Origin: Lama guanicoe
Taxonomy: Eukaryota
Reading direction: 5' to 3'
Length of the DNA stretch: 64,000 nt
Assembly: GCA_013239625.1 (NCBI GenBank)
Contig: MU053934.1
Location: 1,147,285 to 1,211,284, forward strand
The first letter of the stretch is position 1, and every line of letters begins with the position of its first letter. Below, piece by piece: positions 11,640-23,735 of the stretch. The notes under the pieces are model-generated. The model was not told the DNA's origin. It did no database searches and saw only the letters and a program-made list of their open reading frames with translations. Made by a program: the position numbers and the translations under genes.

Positions 11640-11830
11640 TAACTTTATTGAATACCCTCTCTCCTATGTCCCACGTATCAGAGAGCAGGTCTACATGACC
11701 CTGGCTGCAGCCTGGTGAGGCTGGTGTTCCTATACTCATTTCACAGATGTGATAACTGAGGCACAGAGAGCACCCAGATGGAAGGGTTGATGAGCACGAG
11801 AGCTGTGACTTCTGACTCCAAGTCTCACGG
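11640..11830 (-). mobile_element. MIR SINE
   Basis: CATTTCACAGATGTGATAACTGAGGCACAGAGAG core. Confidence 0.8.
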
Positions 11831-12307
11831 GTTTGTTTACAACGCCCTGCTCTGAAGGCTCTATAGATGGCTTGGAATGCCTCTGCTAAAGATAAACCAA
11901 CCAAAACAACGGTTGACTGTATTAGAAAACCAGGGTGTCTCACTGTGTTTCAACATGTTCTCCAAAATAAATTGAGTGTCTCGGACCTCTTGCCCTCACT
12001 GAATGGCTGTAACTAGGCTACCAGCCACTGGTCACACTTATGATTTCACTGCTGCCTTTCTAAACCATGTTTTTGAAAGTTAAACGTATTTGGTGATAAG
12101 GAAAAGGTTCCCCACGTAAAAGTAGGCTTAGGAAAGCATTTCTCTTCTCTCGGAAAGCATGGTCCTAGATCAAATTATCAATCATAATCGTTAATAGTTA
12201 CAAATTGAGCTTTTTAGCCTACACTGGTCACTGTAAGGCTGAGTGCTCACAAATACATTATCCTTTGCCATGTGACTTGCCCCTACTGTCCTTAAGATTC
12301 AGATTAT

Positions 12308-13067
12308 ATGTTGGACAGGGTGTAGAGAAAAAGGAACCCTGCTACACTGTTGGTAGGAATGAAGTTTGGTGTAGCCATTATCAAAAGCAGTATGGAGATT
12401 CTTTAAAAAACTAAAAATAGACCTACCATATGATCCAGCAATCCCACTCCTGGGCATATATCCTAATTCAAAAAGATACATGCACCCCAATGTTCATAGC
12501 AGCACTATTTACAATAGCAAAACATGAAAACAACCTAAATGTCCATCGATAGAGGACTGAATAAAAAAGTCATGGTATATTTGTACAATGGAATACTACT
12601 CAGCCATAAAAAATAATAAAATAATGTCACTTGCAGCAACGTGGATGTACCTGAAGACCATCAGTCTAAGTGAAGTTAAGTCAGAGAGAGAAAGAAAAAT
12701 ACCATATGATATCCCTCATATGTGGAATCTAAAAAAAGAAAAAAGAAGACACTAATGAACTTAGCTACAAAACAGAAACAGACTCACAGAAATAGTAAAC
12801 AATCTTATGGTTAGTGGAGGAAAAAGGGGTGGGAACGGATAAATTGGGAGTTCAAGATTTGCAAACATTAATTAGTATATATAAAATAGATAAACAACAA
12901 GTTTATACTGTACAGCACAGGGAACTATATTCAATGTCTTATAGTAACCTATAATGAAAAAGAATATGAAAATTAATATATGTGTGGATATGTGTGACAG
13001 AAACATTATGCTGTACACCGGAAACTGACACATTGTAAACTGACTGTACTTCACTTTAAAAAAAAAA
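12308..13067 (+). mobile_element. Young lineage-specific (camelid-type) 5'-truncated L1
   Basis: End of ORF2, 3' UTR (GTACAGCACAGGGAACTATATTCAA) and poly(A). TSD AAGATTCAGATTAT (12294-12307) / AAGTATCAGATTAT (13066-13079). Confidence 0.95.
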
Positions 13068-13615
13068 GTATCAGATTATGAACACCTAGTACCTCCTAGT
13101 ACCATCCTGTGCCTCTTTGTTCTCCACTGCCACCCTCATCTGGGTGTGCAAGCTTTCAATGAAAACAGTTCCCTGGTTCTTACTTGGTTCTTTCTCCTTC
13201 TGTGTGCAGTCCTTCCCAGAAGAGAGGAGCTCACTTAGCATAGTGGAAACCCACGCTGAACCCCTGATACTTGAAACCACACATAGATGTCATTTGCATG
13301 TCAGAGATAAGGTAGCAGTCTGGGAGATTTTCAGTTACATTTCCAAGTCACCTGAGTAGTAGAGAGGAGTGTCCCACAGTCCTGTGCTCCCTTCAATGTA
13401 TATGCATTAATGTTGATCTGTTGAAAAATGCAAGCAATCGGTTTCTATCTAAAAGACCAAATCATAATACCTGGCACCACAGTTGGGAAATATTGGTACA
13501 GAGACTGTTGACTGCTAGATTATAACCCTGATGCTTGCTTGTAAATAAATTTTACCCATGCTGTAGTTCTTTGGGATCCTCTCCTAGCTTTCCTTATTAA
13601 ACCCAGTGAGCCACC

Positions 13616-14276
13616 TGTGATACTTCAAGTCTTCTCTGTCTCAGCAGTAGGGGGACCTGAGATCAGTTTCAAGCCCCTCAGTCTGCAGAGGACACAGTGG
13701 GGGAAGCTCAGGTCTGGGGCCCAGAACCCTCTCTCACACACTTTTGCCCTCCTGGTACACCCAGTTTCTTTTCAGAACCTCAAGACGCATCCATTCTTCT
13801 CCCTCACCCTTTATAAGTCAACCAGCTCCCAGGTAGGCATCAGGGATTTTTGTCTAATCTTAGACAAGGTGTGGGGCAGTTAGAGATTATCTTTTCAAAA
13901 GGCCCTGAAGGGAGGATGCTGTCACCAACACTCAGACAGAGAGACCCTACCCTGCTTTGCCTGGAGAACATCTCCCTTCTCCATTGCCCCTCGTGCTGCT
14001 CCCTCTTTGGGGAAATGCCAGCCTGGCTCTGGTCTGAAATCACCTTCCTGTACCTCCTTTGCTTTGTGCAACTCAGCTCCATGGGCCGCCCTCCTGACCA
14101 CTACTGGAGCACAGTCACCGTGCCTCGATTTCTCCAGATAAGCAGCCCCATCCTCTTCTTCGTGCACCTTTTGTAAATAAACTTAGATCAAAGAGTTTTC
14201 TCTCTGGAGAGTATTTCCCTTTTTACCCTTAAACCTTCTTGTGGAATAGGGAATCCTATCCCTAAAAGGCACATCA
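13616..14276 (+). mobile_element. Possible old solo LTR, family unassigned
   Basis: TG...CA ends, TATAA at 13812, AATAAA at 14176 about 100 bp before the end. No TSD seen. Confidence 0.35.
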
Positions 14277-15951
14277 GGAGTTTGTAAAGGTGTTGAAGAT
14301 GCTGTTGGGGGCTAAGAGTGCCTTTCATGGTCACTCAGAGGAGCCCAGGTAAACAGTCTTGTGTCCCTCTTACCCTTTGTGTGCTGTGGGCTCCAGAGTG
14401 ACAGTTACAGAATGACTATAAGATGGGAAGAGCCCCCACACTGTACCCCCAACACACACACACACACACACAGCACACAACAGGAAGATCTCTGGGGTTT
14501 GCTCTGGGCAGGTGGCCGAGATCTCTGCCTGGACTACATTAAAGGACAATAAAGGCTACAGTGCCAAGGAAGCCAGTCCAGGCTAAGCCTTCCTGCAAGG
14601 AGGAGAGACACGCAGAAATAAAAGGGGTGGGAGACTGACAGGTGGAAGATCTGAGCTCTGTGGGATGCTGGACCACCTGACCACACTGGGAGCTGCTGCT
14701 CCTGCCAGAGAATCTGTGCTTCATTAGCCAGAGCCAGGTTGAGTCAAGAAAGTTAATTGAAGTCTGTGGCCCCGTGATTTCAGAAAGGACCTCGTTTGCC
14801 ACAGGTTGTAGTCACAGACAAGACACATCCTGGTAGCACAGCCCATGCCTCCCCTTTCTCCAGCTGGCTAGAGGAACCCAGTATCATCTCTTAAAGGAGC
14901 AGAACTTGATTTGCTTGGAAAAGTCCATCTTGGATCTTCACAAGACAAAGAGAAATTAACAAGAAATAATTTCCTCTGGGGTGTGTGTGTGTGGTGTGTC
15001 TGTGTTAGCATGTGTATGCATGATTGAGCGAATCATCTAAGGAAGCATGTGATTTGCAGAGAGAACATAGGCTGGAGAAGCTCAAGCATTTGACTTGGGG
15101 TCAAGGATGGCTGCCCCTTATTCTGTTTAGGGCTGATCAGGCCTTTCCAGATTGGCTATTTCAGGACCCCAAGGCCATAGTTAAACTTTGCAGGTGTGGT
15201 TTCATTTATTTTTTTAAAAACTCAGTTCTTTGGGGAAAAAAATGCACCTATGAATTTATGCCTGGCTCTGGTCTGAAATCAATCAATCTATCTATCTATC
15301 TATCTATCTATGTCATATCACACTCTTCTGGAAGAAGACTGAAGATAAATATCATAAATATCATAACAGAGTTTTCAACTCACAGTGTCAGTAGCAGAAA
15401 TGCCACCTCTTCCTCCCCAAACCACCAGCTTGCCTCTAACAAGCCCATTCAACCATCATTACTATTCTGTGAGGGTCCTTGCCAACTGGCTTAACAGAAT
15501 CCAGTTTTCAGTGCCTGGCATCTTTTTGCGCTGGCTCTAGACTGGAGCTGGAGCTCCCTGGAAGATCTTTTATAAAACTCTGTGTAGAATCTCCAGATGA
15601 ACACAAAGTTTCACAGAATGAATCTCCCAGCTGACTGCAACTATCACATGCCTTTCCCTCCTCTGGAGCCCACTGGGATTCCCAATAGGGAACAGACCAT
15701 TGCCCCAGCCAGCGCCATCCCTCACCAATTTGCAGTCTTAGAACCAGCCCCCATCTCACCCCTATACCTGCTGGGCCCATTTTCAGGAGGCTTCAGAGAA
15801 GTCAAAAATAGCTCCTCATCAGAAAAAGCTTGGCCCCCCTGCTTTCACATGAAAACCTTTGAGAATGGCCTTTTCAGCTTCAAAGCCACCATGGTGGGCA
15901 AAGCTTCAAAGACAGGGCAGTGTTAGCTTTTGATGGTCTGGTGTCTTTAAA

Positions 15952-16125
15952 GCAGTGGTCTTAACCTTTTTCTAGGTCATAGACCTCTCTGGAAACCTAA
16001 CGAAAGCTATTGGAGTCACATGTCATAGAAATACACAAGGTTAATGGAAAAGTTACCTGCAGTTGCAATGGGCTGGTGGACACCCTAAATACTAACCATA
16101 GACCCCAGAATAAGAATTCCTACTC
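15952..16125 (+). mobile_element. hAT-Charlie MITE (Charlie4z-like)
   Basis: CAGTGGTCTTAACCTTTTTCTAGGTCATAGACC...CCATAGACCCCAGAATAAGAATTCCTAC. Confidence 0.6.
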
Positions 16126-16379
16126 TAATATCATAGTCAGGATGGATACATCAAGATGTCTTTTCCAAGTCTTCTCTAAAGGACCCCCGAAGGGCACTGA
16201 TTCCTCTGATCTCATGTCTCAACACTTTTACATTTCCCTATTTCTCAGGGCTGTGTCCATCCATTCATCCTGGGTTGACATTCAGTAAGTACATATGATT
16301 TGGGTTGTACTGTTATAATTAGCATCCATTCTGACTGGTAGGTGCCCATGTCTCATAGGTTTGCTTTAGATCTTACCCC

Positions 16380-18100
16380 TGCATTCATCATTCATCCATC
16401 CATCTATAGATTCTTCCATCCAACTATTCATTCATTCCCAGTCAGTCATTTTTCTTAGAACCCTCCATGCTTCAAGAACTGTCATAGGCATGGAGAAAGC
16501 AGGAGGGAACAGACATCGATTCCCTGCCTTCATGTCATTTATAGTTGAGTAAAGAGTTGGACAAATAAATAGAAATTACAATGTAATGGGATAAATACTC
16601 TGGAGGAGGAGAACAGGACACTTTGACAGCATGTAGAGGGGGATTTTCATCCAGATTGGGGAGCAGGGGTAAGGAGTGCTTTCTGAAGAAAAACTGTGTA
16701 CGTCTGAGGATAAAAGATAAGCAGAAGTTACCCAAACATAGTGCAGGTGGAAGAGCAGCTGAAAGAATGTACAACTGTCCAGAGGTTTGAGCTCTATCCT
16801 GAAGGCAACAACAAGTGACTGCAGGGTTGTAAGCCAGATAACAATGGTGGAATTGGAGTTTTCCAAAGATTGCTCCAGTGCTCAGAGGAGAGAGCCGACT
16901 GGAGAAATCAAATCTAAAGGCAGGAAGCCAGTTACAAAGCTGTTGCTACAAATGGTGGCCTGGCCTTGATAATGGCAGGAGGGTTGGAAGAAAGGGACAT
17001 AGTCCTTCTGTATCCCTTTCTGTTGATGAGATACAGAGGGCAGAAATGATAAAATTGGGTGACTGGTTGAGTTAGTGGATAGGGCTGAGTGAGGAGGACT
17101 AGGCAAGAATGATGCTCTGGTTTCTGGTACAGGCAACCAGATAGCTAGGCACACTCCTTACAGGAATAATGAAAAAGAATCCAAATTGGCAAGGAGACAA
17201 GATAATAAGATAAATTCAGCCTTGGACATGTCAAGTTTGAGTTGCCCACAATACATCGACCAGAGACATCTAGTAGCCAATTGGGTTTTTTTTTTGAGGT
17301 GATATTCCATGTGTTTTTTAAAATTGAATTATAGTTGATTTACGATGTTGTGTTAATTTCTGATGTACAGCAAAGTGATTCAGATAGATTATATATATAT
17401 ATTTTTTTTTCTATTCTTTTTCATTATAGGCTATTACCAGGTATTGAATATAATTCTCTGTGCTATACAGGAGAATCATGTTGCTTATCTATTTTGCATA
17501 TAATAGTTAGTATCTGCAAATCCCAAGCTCCCAATTTATCCCTTGGTCCCTCCTTTCCCCCTGGAAATCATGTTTGTTTTCTGTCTGTGAGTGTGTCTCT
17601 GTTTTGTGAATAAGTTCATTTGTGTCCTTTTATAAGATTCACTATATAAGATATAAGTGACATCATATGGTATTTTCCTTTCTCTTTCTGGCTTACTTCA
17701 CTTAGTATGACAATCTCTAGGTCCATCCATGTTGCTGCAAATTTCATTCTTTTTTATGGCTGAGTAGTACATATACCACATCGTCTTTATCCATTCATCT
17801 GCTGATGAACAGTTAGGTTATTTCCATGTCTTGGCTCTTGTAGATGGTGTGGCTATGTACGCTTGAGGGGCATGTATCTTTTCAAATTGGAGTTTCCTCC
17901 AGATACATGCCCAGGAGTGAGATTGCTGGATCATAGGGAAAGTTTATTTTCAGTTTTTTAAGGAATATCCTTACTGTTTCCCATAATGGTTGCACCTTAA
18001 TTGGGTTTAAAATGCAAGAAAGATGCAGCCTGGCAGTACAGATCTGGAGTCACTGGTACACGTATGGTCCTTAAATCCAGGAGTGGAGTGAGCAGAGAGT
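16380..18100 (-). mobile_element. L2 LINE fragment (interrupted by the L1 at 17289-17998)
   Basis: TTCATTCATT 3'-end pattern and typical antisense L2 text (TTGGACATGTCAAGTTTGAGTTGCC) resuming after the L1. Confidence 0.8.
17289..17998 (-). mobile_element. Young cetartiodactyl/camelid-type 5'-truncated L1
   Basis: Antisense L1 3' UTR and ORF2 end with poly(T). TSD AATTGGGTTT at 17279-17288 and 17999-18008. Confidence 0.95.
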
Positions 18101-18445
18101 AGACTCTCAACAAGGGAAGTGTTACAACGCAGGGGCCACTTTGGAGATGTGCGCAGGCATTTTTTAGTTGTCACTATGACAACAGAGAACACCAGCTGAC
18201 TTTTACTGGGTTGGGGCCAGACGTGGTAGATGTCCTGCAATGTTAGAAACATTCTTGCACAAAGAATCCTTTACCCTGCATGTCTCTCTTGCTGTTCATA
18301 ACGTCCAGAGCTTAGACTCTAACTCCAAATAAACACAAAACAGTTTTTACATTGCTTTTATATACATTGAATTTTATGTACATTGAATTTAATATGCATT
18401 GAATTTTCCAGAAATGTAGCTATAGGTTAAGGTGAGGTAAGATAT
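18100..18445 (+). mobile_element. hAT-Charlie MER20B-like fragment
   Basis: CTCTCAACAAGGG...TTTGGAGATGTG...TTTTAGTTGTCAC...GTCCTGCAATG...CATTGAATTTTCCAGAAATG. Confidence 0.7.
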
Positions 18446-18451
18446 TTCTGT

Positions 18452-19838
18452 AAAGATGACTCCCATATTTATGTTTCCAGTCCAGGCTTCTCTCTTGAAA
18501 TCCTATCCAGTCTATCCATCTGCATGCTCAATCTCCACTTGGAAGTCTAACAAGTTGATCAAACCTAAATTGTGCAATACTGGGCTGCAAACCTCTTCCC
18601 TCCCACAGCACCTGCTCTACTCTGCTCTGCCCATCTCCATGGATAGGGATTTCAAGTTGCTTCCCCAAAACCTTCAAGTCATCCTCGACTTCTCTTTCTT
18701 CCTCATACATATCCAGTTCATCGGGAAATCCTGGTGGTTCTATCACTGAAATATCTCCAGAATCTGACCGCACATCCCCATCTCTACACCACCATCATCT
18801 CTCTCTCTCTCTCGCCAACTTTATTGCAATTGTACCTAAATGCCCTCCCACTTTTATTCTTGCTCCTCTACAGTTTATGATCAACAGCAGCCAGAGTGAT
18901 CCTACTAAAGCTCAGATCACATCATTCCTCTGCTCAAAACCCTCCAGCCTCCCCATTGCACTAAGAGAAAAAGCCAAAGTCCTGATAATAATCTCCAAGG
19001 CCCTTCAAAATTCCTCCCCTGAGCCCCAGTTACCTCTTTCACCTCATCTCCTTTACTCACCCCTCACTTGCTCCTTCCAGCCTCAGTGGCCTCCTTACTC
19101 TTCCTTAACACGAACATGCCAGGCACAGTCTTGAATTCCAGCCTTGGTGTTGGCTGCTCCCTCTGCCTGAAACACTATTCTCTCAATTATCCAAATGGCT
19201 TAACTCCCACATCTTCAAGTGTTGGCTCAGATCTCAACTTCTTCATAAAGCCTACTCCGACCACTATTTTTCACATGGCTATTCCCTTCCACCCAGCATC
19301 TCTCATCCCCTGTATCATTGCCCCCATAGTTCTCACCTGCTAACATAGTTCAGCCACCTCTTAGTATTCACACGGCAGTGGTTCTGGGACCCCCCTCCCC
19401 CAGATATCAAAATCTGCAGATGCTCAAGTCCCTTATTTAAAATGGTGTAGTGTTTGCATTTAACCTACACATCCTCCTGTATATTTTAAATCATCTCCAG
19501 ATTACTTATAATAACTACTACAATGTAAATGCTTTGGAAATAATTGCCAGCATGCAGGAAATTCAAGTTTTGCTTTTTGGAACTGTCTGGATTTTTTAAA
19601 AAATCTTTTTGATCTGCGATTGATTGAATCCATATGTGTTGAACCCATGGACGTGGAGGGCCAGCTGTACATCCTTTATTTATTATTCAAGTTTATATTT
19701 TGTGGTCTGTCCACCCTATTATATATGTTTCACGAGCAATAACCTTTGTTTTGTTCACTTCTATTTCCCAAGTGTCTAGAATAAAACTTGACAAATAATA
19801 AGTGCTTGGTAAATATTTATTGAATAAATAAGTGAAAG
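18452..19838 (+). mobile_element. L2a 3' portion (interrupted by MER2B)
   Basis: GATGACTCCCATATTTATGTTTCCAG...CTGCTCAAAACCCTCCA...GTGCTTGGTAAATATTTATTGAATAAAT terminus. Confidence 0.9.
19350..19669 (+). mobile_element. TcMar-Tigger MER2/MER2B
   Basis: CAAAATCTGCAGATGCTCAAGTCCCTTAT...GAACCCATGGACGTGGAGGGCCAGCTGTA. Confidence 0.9.
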
Positions 19839-20199
19839 AATGGTGGTCAAATTAGCTCTTAGGTCATCATTCATTCCTCCCAAACTACCAATTCTGGTTT
19901 AAATTCCACAAGAGGTTTTTCTTCTTGATATTCGATATTTTTGCATTCAGATTCAAAAGCCACAAACAAAAATTTACTTAGTCTTTCAGAACAATCACCG
20001 CAGCAAAGAATAACAATGACAAAAACTTGGTTTTTCGAGATTGCTGTCTCTTCTAGGTGTTCAGATCCACTCAAAACCTTTACTAGGTCCTTGGTTTTAG
20101 GCAACAAATGTGGTAAGATTGGCACGTGAGGCTGAAGTGGTACAATGCAAATGGAGGATGTCAGGGTGAAGTACCCTCAATTGTTATTTCAAAATATTC

Positions 20200-20655
20200 A
20201 AAATATTACCCTGTACATAGCTTTGGGCAGCTCTGATCTTTGGGACATTCTCTGGTAATGCCACAGTCTTCCTCATTCGACCTTGGTTCTGCTTTCTAGA
20301 AGAGAAAACGACAAGACCTCACCTTGTTCCACATGGAAATCTTTCAGAAGTTTGAAGACCAAGGTGAAGCCCTCAGCCTTGGTGTTCTCTCTCACTGGTG
20401 GTCTCCTCGCCTTCTCATTTAAACGTCTCCTGGTCTTTTATCCCTTCCTCTTGTATCATGAGTTTAAGGCCTTTCGAGGTCCTCAAGTATCCTCTGCACG
20501 GGCTCCAGTCTGCCTCTGTCCTTCTTACAACACAAGCCGGAAGAGTGGACACAGCATCCTAGATGTAGTGGGGCAGGTGCACGGCTGGACAGGAGCAGAA
20601 CTCCCACCACGTCTCAGTTATTTACTCATGCAAGCATTTCACATTTGTCCAAAGG
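20200..20655 (-). mobile_element. L3/CR1 LINE fragment
   Basis: TCCTCTGCACGGGCTCCAGTCTG...GGACACAGCATCCTAGATGTAGT resembles the antisense L3 ORF2 end. Confidence 0.6.
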
Positions 20656-21411
20656 TGTGAATGTTATCTTCAAGGCAGTGGAGGGTAACTGCTCCTGTTT
20701 TAAGCAGGCGAATAGTAATTAGAACTGGGTTCCTCTAAGATCACTCCAGCTCTCCAGAGAACTGGGAGGAACGGGAGGAATCAAGGCAGGAAACCAGGTG
20801 AAGCTGTCACCACGTTCCTGACGGCGGCAGGTTCATTTGGAACCTCTGGCCTCTAAATGCTTTAAACGTATGCTCTGTGAGGCTGGATTACCTCTGTCTT
20901 ACCCTTTTGAAGTTGGATTTCAGCTTCCTTTAGTCAGGAGTTGGGAGACAAGGGTCCTCATTTTTAATTTAGTCCTTTAGTGATTCATTTGTAAGAAGGC
21001 AAAATGCAACCTCTTTGTGCTCCTATAACATGCTTTTAAGATTTCACTTGGCATCACTTTCCTGTATATTCAGGTTAGTTATTTACATTCCCCGACCGCT
21101 ACCCAAGAACCTGAGAGTCCTTTGAAGAGAGACTCCGGGCCTTTTTCATTTTATACCCTCCACAGCACATAGCTTGTACGTAGCTAACCTTGTTGAATTG
21201 GTTGAATTAAGCTGAGGTGAATGGGGTTGAATTAAAAGCTGCTGTTAAAATGCAGATATGCTGTCTGGGCTCCACAAGACATTAAATTTCCCATTAAAAC
21301 CTTGGCACTGAGTAATTTATTGAATCGTTTAATAACCACCCTGTAGGCAGTGAAGGCTGAAACACGGGAAAGTATGGTTTAGACCTGAGACATCTTCTTA
21401 CGAGAGGGTTG

Positions 21412-22001
21412 TGTTAGAGCAGGCAGATAGCTAGATATGAGAAGAGAAAGGGGGATGCAGGCCAAGTGCAGGAAACCATACAACATGTAAACCACAGGGC
21501 TCCCTGAGCAGACAAAGAAAAGCAGGAACTTCTGGGCTGATAAGTGATCACATATTTTGGGGTGACAAGTGGCCTGGAGGCCAACAAAGAAAGATGAGGA
21601 GAGGCAGGAACCTCCTGTGCCCAAATCTAACCTCTTGCTCATTATGGCCTCATTTCAATAAAATTAGCCTTGCAGATTAGAAGCACCCATCATGCACATG
21701 ATACTTCCGATCCAGAGTAAATAAGGACAAATAAACCACCCTCCCTCGGAAAGGGTGGAGTTGGGATGAAGATCAGGGAACACGACCCCAAAACCTTCCC
21801 TCCCCAGTGAATATTCTGCTCACTCATTTTTACACCCTATGTAACCAGCTTACCAAAGAAACTCAGGGCAGCTGCTCACCTGAGCTGGCATGCTCTCCCA
21901 TTGAGAGTGTACTGTCTGTCCCTCACTTTTACTTTCTTAGCCTCCATGTCTCATCTCTGAATTCCTTCTGCAGTGAGACAAGAGCCTAATCACTGGCACC
22001 A
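21412..22001 (+). mobile_element. ERV1-class solo LTR (LTR39/MER41-like)
   Basis: TGTTAGAGCAGGCAGATAGCTAGATATGAG start, GAGAGTGTACT and CTGAATTCCTTCTGCAGTGAGACAAGA near the end. 4-bp TSD GTTG/GCTG. Confidence 0.8.
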
Positions 22002-22069
22002 GCTGTGGGGTGCAGAAATGAGACACAAGCCTAGCCTGGCTGAAGGGTATGTGGTTTGGCTCTGCATAC

Positions 22070-22550
22070 AATAAAGGGAACATGGACTTTGAAGCCAGAA
22101 TAAACTGATTTCTAGTTCCAGTGCTGCTGCTGACTCGCTCTGTGACCTTGGGAAAGCTAATCAACCTCTCTCTGGACCACAATCTTGTACAGTCGAATGG
22201 CGAAGACTGGTCCAACTTATCTTCCACATCTGAAGGTTACACACATTGCCACAAGTAGCAGATGTTCCCCAGATGTGTCATAGACGGGTGCCGGGCACAC
22301 AGTGGGCATGCAAAGAGTGGTCGAATGAATGAAATTGACCTTGGGGCATTAGTCTGGCATGGGTGTGAAAGCCAGCACCACCACTTCCCACCCCAAGCTC
22401 TGGTGAAGTGCTTTAGCTTCCAGTGCCTCGTGTTTTCAACCTAGGAAATGAGATGCCTTCCCATTGCCTGCCTCTCAGTTTATCACAAAGATTAAACGAG
22501 AAAGTATAAAAAGCATCTTGCACATAGTTATTCAATAAGCATTGCTTGTC
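22070..22550 (+). mobile_element. Two MIR SINE fragments
   Basis: TGTGACCTTGGGAAAGCTAATCAACCTCTCT and CAGTGCCTCGTGTTTTC...AAGATTAAACGAG cores. Confidence 0.75.
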
Positions 22551-23329
22551 TCCTCTCCTGGTGCTTACACACCCAAGGCCATTGCCACACATTTCTGGCC
22601 AGAAAAGAAATTGCTTAGCATCTGGCTTTATCTGAAATGTTTTCCTTCCAAATGAATTTCTGACTGAATAAGACATGAATTGTTTTAGGTGGACTTTCCC
22701 TAACTCTCTGTGTGTGAACTTGGACTGAGGTTTTATGCACTCAGATGACTTCGTGCGCTTTCTCCTAAAGAAAGAGACCAAAACGTGCATATGTTCACTC
22801 ACCCTCTCAGAGCAATAGCAGTAAATAACCAAAAGGCTGCTGGAACAAAGCGCCAGCCCCTCTGTGGCTATGAATTTCTAGCGGCCCTTGGATAAACGGG
22901 CACGTGGCCCCCACTGGAGCGGAGAGTTTACAACTCACAGGTGCAAGAGTGATTTTTCAATTACGGATAATATTGCTCTTCTTAATGTTTTTCTGGAGCC
23001 TTGCAGGAGGATGGGCTCAGGCCAGGTGGGAACTCAGCACAATGGTTAGAGTTTAGCTGTCTAAGATGTGTTCTCCCCCTGCCAAAAAAAAAAAATTAAA
23101 ATTAAAAAAAGCTTCTGGTCTCATAGTTTTGCAGTGTATAAGTCCATGTGGGTGATTTGCTCCACTTGCATTAATGGGCAGACTCAGTGGTAATCTTTTA
23201 AAGATCCCTGCAACTGTCTGGACGTATTCACAGGTCTGTTTCTTTCTAATCATGCAGAATTGTCCTTTTGGCTCAATGTTCAAATCTAGTGGATTTTCTT
23301 TTAATATCTCTTCTACCCACTTTATCCTG

Positions 23330-23735
23330 TTCAGGGAAGCCCTTGCTTCTACTGGTTGGGATGAGCAGACAAGGTAGTAAAGCTTGTGTTTGACCTTAAA
23401 TGAAGGAGTCGGGATGAATACAGGGGAGGCAGCCAGGCATTCCAGGTTGGGAGAACCATGGAGCATGTGCCCAGCTTGGAGAGAGGGCAATGAAGAAACC
23501 AATGCATGTGGAGAGGAGAATTGGTCTGGATGCAGAGGAAGATGAAGTTGGAAACAGGCTGGGATCAAGGTGATGAGGAACTTGGTTACCTTATCAATGT
23601 TTTTTTTTTTTTACTTTATTACAGAACCTGTGGGGAACCACGGTATGTTTGAGGAAAGAAAAATTTTGCCATCAGTCTGTTGTCCGGGCAAAGGACAGAT
23701 TGCAGCAGAGACTAGAAGCAGTGAGACTAGTTAGG
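23330..23735 (-). mobile_element. L2 fragment
   Basis: GGCATTCCAGGTTGGGAGAACCATGGAGCA...GAGACTAGTTAGG, antisense L2 text. Confidence 0.65.

Noticed and set aside
13260..13560. Possible LTR/PBS-like junction (AAATATTGGTACAGAGA)
   Set aside because: Too short and degenerate to assign, with no matching partner LTR
15024..15494. 156-aa ORF
   Set aside because: TTG start, runs through an (ATCT)n microsatellite, no recognisable homology
23053..23568. 171-aa minus-strand ORF
   Set aside because: Begins in an L2 fragment and crosses a poly(A/T) run. No protein features
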